Below, in pieces: positions 57,400 through 64,000 of a stretch of DNA of 64,000 nucleotides. The position numbers and the translations under genes were made by a program. The DNA comes from Deltaproteobacteria bacterium. Lineage in GTDB: Bacteria > SAR324 > JACQKK01. The stretch's first letter is position 1; every line of letters starts with the position of its first letter. The stretch lies in the NCBI GenBank assembly GCA_029858505.1, contig JAOUEW010000008.1, forward strand, positions 9,939 to 73,938, given 5' to 3'. A model generated the notes under the pieces. The model searched no databases, was not told the origin of the DNA, and saw only the letters and a list, made by a program, of their open reading frames with translations.

Positions 57400-58066
57400 A
57401 CCCCTCCAGAATTTCCACCAGGGTTCCCACTTCCACCAGGTCGAACAACTCGGCCACGGCTTGGTTGGCCATCCGCACGCAGCCGATGGAGCGGGGCTGG
57501 CCCAGCCAGCCTTCTTCCCGGGTGCCGTGGATGTAAATGTAGCGGTCGTGGGTGTCCACCTCTCCCCCCTGGTTTTTCCCCGGCTCTAACCCCCCCAGCC
57601 ACAAAATGCGGGTGGTGATGGCGTCCTCCCCCGCTGCCGGCTGGCCTTCCAGCGGCAAAACCACCTGTCCGGTTTCTTTGCGGCCTTTGAACACCGCCCC
57701 CAGGGGGGCGCCTGCCCCGATTTTTTCTTCCACCCGGTGACTGCCCATGGGGGTTTGGTGAGAGCCCCGCTGGCAGCCTAACCCCCGGGCGCTGGTGGAC
57801 ACTGGCCAGGTTCGTTCGATCTTCCCTTCCCGCACCAGCCACAGTTCCTGCCGGGGGGGGCAAACCACCAGCACGGGCTGCCGGAAGCTCAACCCATGGG
57901 GTGCCAAGCGGGCCAGGGCGGCGGCCAGGGCCTGGGCGACGAAAGCGGCAGATTCAGTGGAAGAAGCATTGCTCATGGCAAATGGGCGGCGTGTGCGTTC
58001 AAGGAGGAGTGAGACCCGTTTTGGGGCTTTCCCAGTCATTTTCACCCGGCCCACCCCCAGGAGCAA
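57398..58066 (-). CDS. L,D-transpeptidase family protein (YkuD domain).
   Basis: YIYIHGT...GCVRMAN catalytic His/Cys motif. The exact start is uncertain. Confidence 0.65.
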   Translation of the reverse strand: MLLGVGRVKMTGKAPKRVSLLLERTRRPFAMSNASSTESAAFVAQALAAALARLAPHGLSFRQPVLVVCPPRQELWLVREGKIERTWPVSTSARGLGCQRGSHQTPMGSHRVEEKIGAGAPLGAVFKGRKETGQVVLPLEGQPAAGEDAITTRILWLGGLEPGKNQGGEVDTHDRYIYIHGTREEGWLGQPRSIGCVRMANQAVAELFDLVEVGTLVEILEG

Positions 58067-58214
58067 GGAAAACGGAGAACCAAAGAGGGATTTGTTTGGC
58101 CGTATTTGGCTGGCATGCCAAAAGTTCCTGGCAGCCTGGGCTGTCCAAATGAGTCCGCCAGAAAGCAGAAGTGGAAGGTTTTGTTTTCCTTTTATTCCAG
58201 ATATTATGAGGAAA

Positions 58215-58228
58215 TATGACCGGTCATA
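58215..58228. promoter_or_regulatory. Perfect 14-bp palindrome TATGACCGGTCATA in an AT-rich region upstream of the cNMP-kinase/adenylate cyclase operon.
   Basis: Direct reading. Lies about 90-140 bp upstream of the candidate starts, in an AT-rich stretch. Confidence 0.35.
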
Positions 58229-58318
58229 AAATATATCTTTTTAGGTTATACTCCCCCCAGAAAAGCTACGGGAAGACGAACGATTTTTAGGGGGCTGTGA
58301 AACGGGCCATTCCAAAGG

Positions 58319-60058
58319 GTGATAGATCACAAGATTGGGCTTGGGCTGAAAGGAATTGCGATGGAAAAACCCGGAAACATTCAGCTACAAGAGGAAGTGG
58401 GCGTTTTGGAGGAATTGCGCACCCTGGTTCCCTTTGCCCCGTTTACCCCGGATGAGCGTCGGTTTTTATCTGTCTATTGCAGCCTGAAATCGGCGGGAGA
58501 AGGGGAAGTCTTGATCCGGGAGGGGGACCCCTCCGACAACCGGGCTTATTTTCTGCTGTCTGGCGAAGTGTCTGTGTACGTGAACGAGAAGTTTATTTTG
58601 TCGTTGGGGAGGAAGGGAGACATTTTTGGGGAAATGAGTTTGGTCAGTGCGGAGCCCCGGTCGGCCACGGTGCGGGCCACCCGCCCCTGCCGCCTGATGG
58701 TGGTTACCTCGCCCCTCACCTTTCACGGGGCCGAGGAAGAATCTCTGCTGTCGTACCGCCTGCGTTATTACTTTACCCGGATGTTCAGCAACATCATGGC
58801 CGAAAAACTGCGCACCACCTCGGACCGGGCCAAGATGTACGAGGAGGCCATCGCCCAAAGCCGCCAGGCCGAAGCCCATTCCGCCAGCCTGGAAGAAACC
58901 GTTGCCCATAACCTGGAGCAGATCCGGCTGTACTCTCACCTGGTCGAAAGCGCCAACGATGCCATTTTGCTGCTGAATCTGGACCGGCGGGTGCGGGACG
59001 CTAACCAATCGTTGCATGCCCGGTTTGGGCTAGACACTGGCCAAGTGGTGATGCGCTCGATCAAAGAGGTGCTGCTGCTGCCACCGGGAATGAATTGGGA
59101 TGACGTGTTTGCCCAGGCCGACACCGCGGGTTGGAGCGGGGAAGTGGAAGTAGGAACCGACCGCCATCCCGCCGGGTGCTCCATCTCTTTGGTGGCCGAC
59201 ACCCAGGGCAACCGCATGGCCTACTCGGTGATTCTGCACGACATTCGCGCCCGCAAAGAATATGAAGCCCGTATTCTTCACCAGCAGGCAGAGTTGGAAA
59301 AATCCTACAAGGAATTGCAGGTGATGGACCGGTTGAAAACCCAGTTTCTCACCCTGGTGTCTCACGAGCTGCGCACCCCCATCTCCATCGTGATGGGATC
59401 GCTGGAGGTGTTGGCCATGCCGGGCGACATGGACCCGGCCGATGAAGAGTCCTTTCTGCAGTCTTCCTTGGGGGGTATCCAGCGGCTGGCGTCGCTGGTG
59501 GACCGGGTGATGATGTTCTCGAAACTGGAAAGTGGAGAAATGCCCTTCGACCTGGAGGAAGGCGTGCTGCCCGACCTGGTGCGGGCCCAAATCAACGCCT
59601 GCCAAAAACAGGCCGAAGAACACCATGTGCGGTTGGTTTACCAGGGGCCAGAAAGCTTGCCCCCCTGCGCCTTCGACCACAAAATGATGGCCATGGCTCT
59701 GGACCAGGTGCTGCACAACGCGGTGAAATTCTCCCCCAAGGGAGAGGTGACCGTAAGCCTGGAACAAACACCGGAAGAAACATTGATCCGGGTGCGGGAT
59801 ACGGGTAAAGGTATAGAGATTGACCGCCCCGAACGACTGTTGAACAAGTTTGAACATATGGCCTCCACCCGCGACAAATCCGAAGGCATTGGGCTGGGCC
59901 TGCCGCTTACCCATCTCATTGTCCGGGGGCATCAAGGGTCATTGGATATCACCTCCCAACCTGGCCAAGGAACCGCCGTGACCTTTCACCTGCCCTGTCT
60001 TTCGGCGGCAGACGCCAAAGGCGAAGCCGCGTTCCCATTCCACCGGAAGAACACCTAA
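58319..60058 (+). CDS. Sensor histidine kinase with an N-terminal cyclic-nucleotide-binding (cNMP) domain.
   Basis: cNMP-binding motif GDIFGEMSL...RSATVRA, PAS-like middle region, H-box LVSHELRTP, HATPase N/G boxes. Start may instead be M15 at 58361. Confidence 0.8.
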   Translation: MIDHKIGLGLKGIAMEKPGNIQLQEEVGVLEELRTLVPFAPFTPDERRFLSVYCSLKSAGEGEVLIREGDPSDNRAYFLLSGEVSVYVNEKFILSLGRKGDIFGEMSLVSAEPRSATVRATRPCRLMVVTSPLTFHGAEEESLLSYRLRYYFTRMFSNIMAEKLRTTSDRAKMYEEAIAQSRQAEAHSASLEETVAHNLEQIRLYSHLVESANDAILLLNLDRRVRDANQSLHARFGLDTGQVVMRSIKEVLLLPPGMNWDDVFAQADTAGWSGEVEVGTDRHPAGCSISLVADTQGNRMAYSVILHDIRARKEYEARILHQQAELEKSYKELQVMDRLKTQFLTLVSHELRTPISIVMGSLEVLAMPGDMDPADEESFLQSSLGGIQRLASLVDRVMMFSKLESGEMPFDLEEGVLPDLVRAQINACQKQAEEHHVRLVYQGPESLPPCAFDHKMMAMALDQVLHNAVKFSPKGEVTVSLEQTPEETLIRVRDTGKGIEIDRPERLLNKFEHMASTRDKSEGIGLGLPLTHLIVRGHQGSLDITSQPGQGTAVTFHLPCLSAADAKGEAAFPFHRKNT

Positions 60059-60061
60059 CCC

Positions 60062-62905
60062 ATGAGCAATGGAAAACAACCTGGGGGATCGGACGACCGA
60101 GCGAGAGGAAAAACCCATGGTGGAACGGGCCTGGCCGCGTTGTTTGCCGCCCCCATGGATCTTCCCACGGATTGGACCCAGCTGTTGCGGGCGGGGTATG
60201 ACCAGGGTACGGCCTTTTTCGAGCGCTTCAACAACAACCGGCTGGAACTGGCCTTTAAGGCGTTCGATGAAGAAATGAAGAAGGCCTTGTTCGAGGTGTT
60301 GTTCCTGTTGCACGTCAATGACCCTCGAATGGCCCAATGGAAATTCACGGCCACCCGCCGAGTATCAGAAAACGGAATTTTACGGGAAAAACAGGTGCAA
60401 GAAACCGCCGACCTGTATGTGGACGGCGCCCCCCACGGCCTGGAAGGGATTGAAGCGCTCTCTCCGTTGTTCCGCAAAGAGTTTGAAGAATACACCCGCA
60501 AAGTCTTCGAAATCCCCATCAACCCCCTGTCTTCCTACGGATTCAACCCGGTGGTCAGCGTTCACTCGCTGGGTTCAATTGGCACGGTGGGGCATAAATC
60601 GAAAGCCTCCGACCTGGACCTGCAGGTGCAGTTTGAGTTGGAACCCTTTTTGTTCGACACCTCGGATTGGAGCGACAACACCTTTGTGGATGCCCTGCAG
60701 CGAGAAACCTTGGCCCGGGCCAACCGCATTCGTGCCGCCGACCAACTGCCCCCCGATGCCATGAAGGACCCCAAGTTTCGCCAAGACCTGATGGCCCGGG
60801 CAGGGCAAGACATGCGCAAAGGGTTCCCCACGCTGTACAAATATCTTGTCGCCAAAGAGGGCGACTACTCCCGCGACTTGGCCGGGGCCAAGGGGGGCCC
60901 GCTGCGCAATCAGCTGCTGATGGAAATCATGATGCTGATGAAGCGGGCGGGACGCATGGCCCAGCCCGAGGTCTACAAAAAGCGAGAAACTTCCTTCCGC
61001 GAGAGAATCGGGAAGATTCAAGAATACATCATGGCCAAGTTTCCCGCGGCCGAGATTTATTTGTTTACCTGCAACAACGACGACTACCGGCGCGGCTACC
61101 ATGGAACCACCCTGGAGTCGAAAGAGGCTTCGGGATCGGCTTATGAGTTGATTTTGAATTACGAGACCCTGATGCCGGGAATCCAACTGACCCCCATGAT
61201 TCCCCTGCATTTTGTCGTGCCCAAACCCATGAACGATGAGCCCGCCCGCTATGACCGGGTGGTGGATTACATCCGGTTCAACCTGCTGGATATTTACCAG
61301 CCCGTGCGCAAACGGCTGGTGAACCTGGGCCCCACCCCCGACATGACCCTGGACTACATGGGCGCCCACGGCGGGGCGGTATATTGGGAGGCCTTCAAGG
61401 CGTCCTCTGGCAACCTGCCCAAGGCCACCTTGAACCTGTTCCGCATTGAAATGCTGCTGAACAAGGCCTTTCTGAAAACCATCATTCAATTGATCAAAGA
61501 GCCCAAACTGCTGCACGCCTTTGCCGCCCCCAAGCCGGAAGACCCCGGTAAACAGATCGAGCAAATGGTGGCCGGGAAAATTGGCCTGCCCGCCTGGGCG
61601 GTGATTGAAATGGAAGCCCTGTTCCCAGGCCTAACCTTCGACCCCTGGTGGCTGCGCTACAAAGCCCTCAAGATTGGCTTTGGGGAAGAAAAGGGCGTGC
61701 CTGGGCTGGACAAAGAAGAGCGCGGACGGATTTCGTCGGTGATTGACTTGGCGTTTGCCCTCCATGTCCGCCTGTCCGACGTATTCACCAAACCCGGAGA
61801 CACCCGGCCCCTGGATTCGTTCCGGGAAAAAGTTCTGCTGGAATTCCTCAAACGGGCGTTTCCACCCGTATCCGAACGGCGAACCTATCTGGAACATTTG
61901 TTTATCGGCGAAGTGCGCTCGGTGAATCAGTTTGAAATGGAGCTGCGCGACTTGTTCAAACGCAGTCTGGCCCGGGCCAACAAGCGGCTGGAAGACATGA
62001 ACGTGGCGGGGATGGGCAACAAAAAAGAGTTCGAAATTTGGTTTCACTATTATCAAGAAAACTTCGAGCCCGCCGCCAACGTGGTGCAGCGCACCATCAT
62101 GAACCACTTGAAAACCCCCCGGGGCCGGCTGCAAGTGGGCTATGTCCCCAAAGAAGGATGGTTCTTTAAGTCTCTGCAAAAACAGTCTGGGGTGGGAAAG
62201 CGCTTCGACACGTTTGGAACCCTGGATCACCTGCCCGATGAGGTGATGCTGCTGGAAAAGTCTCCGTTTCTTTCGGGGCTGGCCCACTGCATCATCAACG
62301 GTTACTACGGCATTTTGAACAAGGGTACCCTGAAAGAAAGCCGAACCCAACTGGAGTTCGACGCCCGCCACATGGACATGGGCAACAAAACCGATAACGA
62401 ATACGCCTTCATCCGCCCCGACAGCGTGGAACGAATTGTCGACAAAATCCTGCGGCACTTTCCCTTTCAACCCTATCACTACATGGACTGCATTCGGCTG
62501 AAACGTAAAATTACCGAAGTCATGGTGTTTTACAACCTGGTGCATTACGGGAGGGTCAGCATTTTATACAGAGACAACCTGCGCACCTGGTATGCCGATG
62601 AATTCGACCACCCCGACATTTACGGCCAGGCCCAAAAGCTCGTCCACAGCAGGCAGGCCTCCATGGCCGCCAAGCCGCTGCATATGACCCTCTCCAAGTT
62701 TTTTAAGTCGAAGGGAATTGCCCTGGACGATGTGGCGCTGGATGTGTGGGTGAACCCCCACAGCATCGAAATAGAGGGAGGCCTAGCCCAGATGGGCCAA
62801 AAAGAAGCCGCGCTGGGGCGTGACTTCCTCAATATTTTAATGCAGATTCACGGGCCCAAACCGGTACCCGGAGCCCCCAAGCCGGTCCAGCCGCCCCCAT
62901 CGTAA
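60062..62905 (+). CDS. cyaA: Class I (enterobacterial CyaA-type) adenylate cyclase.
   Basis: Nucleotidyltransferase motif SLGSIGTVGHKSKASDLDLQV parallels E. coli CyaA (MGSTSSVGQSCSSDLDIWV). 947 aa, about 4 bp downstream of the kinase. Confidence 0.65.
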   Translation: MSNGKQPGGSDDRARGKTHGGTGLAALFAAPMDLPTDWTQLLRAGYDQGTAFFERFNNNRLELAFKAFDEEMKKALFEVLFLLHVNDPRMAQWKFTATRRVSENGILREKQVQETADLYVDGAPHGLEGIEALSPLFRKEFEEYTRKVFEIPINPLSSYGFNPVVSVHSLGSIGTVGHKSKASDLDLQVQFELEPFLFDTSDWSDNTFVDALQRETLARANRIRAADQLPPDAMKDPKFRQDLMARAGQDMRKGFPTLYKYLVAKEGDYSRDLAGAKGGPLRNQLLMEIMMLMKRAGRMAQPEVYKKRETSFRERIGKIQEYIMAKFPAAEIYLFTCNNDDYRRGYHGTTLESKEASGSAYELILNYETLMPGIQLTPMIPLHFVVPKPMNDEPARYDRVVDYIRFNLLDIYQPVRKRLVNLGPTPDMTLDYMGAHGGAVYWEAFKASSGNLPKATLNLFRIEMLLNKAFLKTIIQLIKEPKLLHAFAAPKPEDPGKQIEQMVAGKIGLPAWAVIEMEALFPGLTFDPWWLRYKALKIGFGEEKGVPGLDKEERGRISSVIDLAFALHVRLSDVFTKPGDTRPLDSFREKVLLEFLKRAFPPVSERRTYLEHLFIGEVRSVNQFEMELRDLFKRSLARANKRLEDMNVAGMGNKKEFEIWFHYYQENFEPAANVVQRTIMNHLKTPRGRLQVGYVPKEGWFFKSLQKQSGVGKRFDTFGTLDHLPDEVMLLEKSPFLSGLAHCIINGYYGILNKGTLKESRTQLEFDARHMDMGNKTDNEYAFIRPDSVERIVDKILRHFPFQPYHYMDCIRLKRKITEVMVFYNLVHYGRVSILYRDNLRTWYADEFDHPDIYGQAQKLVHSRQASMAAKPLHMTLSKFFKSKGIALDDVALDVWVNPHSIEIEGGLAQMGQKEAALGRDFLNILMQIHGPKPVPGAPKPVQPPPS

Positions 62906-63003
62906 GAATCACTGAAGGGTTGGCCAACGTAGAGCACCCCGTGCGGCGGTGAATGTTCCGCCCCACCGTTTCACCACCCACTGAACTCTTGTCCAAGGCA
63001 CCC

Positions 63004-63432
63004 ATGGACAGCCTCATCGCCCTGCTGCTGTTTATTCTGGTGTTGGCTTTTTCCGCTCACCGGCTCACCCGCCCGGCCCCCACCACCCGTGTTTTGCTGG
63101 AAGACAAGGTGGCCCATATCCATGGGCAAGAGGGAGACATGCGTGAAAAAGTGAAAGCCGTGGTGGAAGCAATCCCCCCGGGCCGGGTGCTGCCGCTGGC
63201 GGTGGTGGGGGAACTGGCGGGGGAGAAAGATACGTTTAAGGTTATTCGGGTCATGCGCCAGCTGGCGGCAGACCCGGCGGTGCCTTGGTGGCGGGTGGTA
63301 AAGGGCACGGCTGGCAGTGGCCACATGGCCGCCTATGCCGATCCGGCCCGGCAAGAGGCACTGCTGGCGCAAGAGGGGGTGACGGTGGAGGGGGGTGCTG
63401 TGGCGTTGGATGTTTTTCGTTGGGAGGTTTAG
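63004..63432 (+). CDS. MGMT-family / alkyltransferase-like DNA-binding protein with an N-terminal TM helix.
   Basis: AAYADPARQEALLAQEG...VPWWRVV resembles the Ogt/ATL C-terminal domain, but the active-site Cys is not evident. Confidence 0.45.
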   Translation: MDSLIALLLFILVLAFSAHRLTRPAPTTRVLLEDKVAHIHGQEGDMREKVKAVVEAIPPGRVLPLAVVGELAGEKDTFKVIRVMRQLAADPAVPWWRVVKGTAGSGHMAAYADPARQEALLAQEGVTVEGGAVALDVFRWEV

Positions 63433-63668
63433 GCAAAGTATTTCGATCTACTAGCGCTGTCGGTTTAATCTTTTTCAGCTTGATCTTTTCTCTCTGCTCT
63501 CTTTGCGCTCGGTTCCCGGTCTCTTCTCTTTTATTCTTTTTTCCTGCGGCTTCTTTCTGGTTCTTACTGCTGCTTATAAAATGTATCTCCCCCCTTTTTC
63601 TTGCTCTCGCTCTTATTCTGGCTTCGCCCCCCCTTTCACGACAACCCCTGGTCGCTCAGAGGTCTCTT

Positions 63669-63738
63669 CTTTCTGGCGGCCTGTCTAGCGGGCTGGGCCC
63701 GCCTTTCTTTCTGGCGGCCTGTCTAGCGGGCTGGGCCC
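63669..63738. repeat. 35-bp direct repeat x2, each carrying a GCGGGCtggGCCCGC hairpin, at the end of a ~300-bp polypyrimidine (CT-rich) tract.
   Basis: CTTTCTGGCGGCCTGTCTAGCGGGCTGGGCCCGCC occurs twice back-to-back. Positions 63430-63700 are about 80% C+T on the plus strand. Confidence 0.6.
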
Positions 63739-63789
63739 GCCCAAGAACGCAGCACTGGAATCTCGTGGGGGATGGAGAAAATCCGCGGC

Positions 63790-64000
63790 CTATTCCTGAA
63801 CCACGGGGGGCAGGCCGGGAATGGTCTCGTCAAAGTCTGGCGGAGGCAGTTCCGGCAGGGTGTTCTCTTGGGGCTGGGGTGCTACTCTAGCGCCGCCCTT
63901 CAGCACAAAGTGAGACATCAGGTCTTTCAGCATTTGCACTTGGCCCTGGAGTTCCTGGGCCGCAGACGCGCTTTCCTCGGCGGTGGCCGCGTTTTGGTGG
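63790..64000 (-). CDS. Methyl-accepting chemotaxis protein, C-terminal end only (continues beyond the window).
   Basis: Reverse-strand translation gives ...AEESASAAQELQGQVQMLKDLMSHFVLKGG...*, the canonical end of the MCP signalling domain. Stop codon at 63790-63792. Confidence 0.6.
   Translation of the reverse strand, partial: HQNAATAEESASAAQELQGQVQMLKDLMSHFVLKGGARVAPQPQENTLPELPPPDFDETIPGLPPVVQE

Noticed and set aside
58100-58140. Possible sigma-54 promoter (TGGCAT...GCCA / TGGCAG) upstream of the kinase-cyclase operon.
   Set aside because: No properly spaced TGGCAC-N5-TTGCW could be found; only a partial TGGCA half-site match. Not reported as a feature.
63285-63890. 201-aa ORF and a 61-aa ORF (63503..63688) in the polypyrimidine tract.
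   Set aside because: The products are extreme low-complexity Leu/Phe/Ser/Pro strings generated by CT-rich DNA. The region is a convergent intergenic gap containing hairpin repeats.

Overview
This is a high-GC (about 65%) bacterial chromosomal segment that is densely coding on both strands. Most of it is housekeeping and core metabolism: partial apbC at the 5' edge, a UspA protein, a LOG-family protein, a CBS-pair protein, an ABC ATPase, a DedA protein, a YggS PLP protein, folC, a pirin, mutL, pabB/trpE-family, a NUDIX hydrolase, hemN, def, trxA, ppiD, an LptF/G permease, valS, serA, gltA and an L,D-transpeptidase. It also carries a large signalling set: two PilZ proteins (one fused to a receiver), a receiver-HD-GYP protein, a sigma-54 NtrC-type activator, a cNMP-binding histidine kinase next to a class I adenylate cyclase, a receiver fused to about 800 aa of acidic disordered sequence, and the 3' end of an MCP. 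The most unusual content is: (1) a family of structured repeats about 125 bp long, with conserved ends CTCGAAGCCATCGGCTATTC...GCGGCTTCGAG and UUCG-type hairpins, scattered in at least five intergenic loci and including a perfect 126-bp tandem array of about 4.2 copies; (2) a 20-40 nt motif (AACCSGGGTTTTTGCCGTGAA) found three times, each 70-170 bp upstream of and co-oriented with a gene start; (3) a respiratory locus in which a cytochrome b (two-haem four-helix core) is fused to 2x[4Fe-4S] ferredoxin and MvhD/FlpD-like domains and sits just upstream of a small membrane ORF plus a B-family (ba3-like) haem-copper oxidase coxBA; (4) a three-gene cluster of unknown function ending in a DUF900 serine hydrolase and bracketed by the repeat elements, and a separate DUF2235 (Tle1-like) hydrolase; (5) an AT-rich, probably acquired membrane protein gene with an EF-hand-like loop. 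No rRNA, tRNA or CRISPR was recognised.
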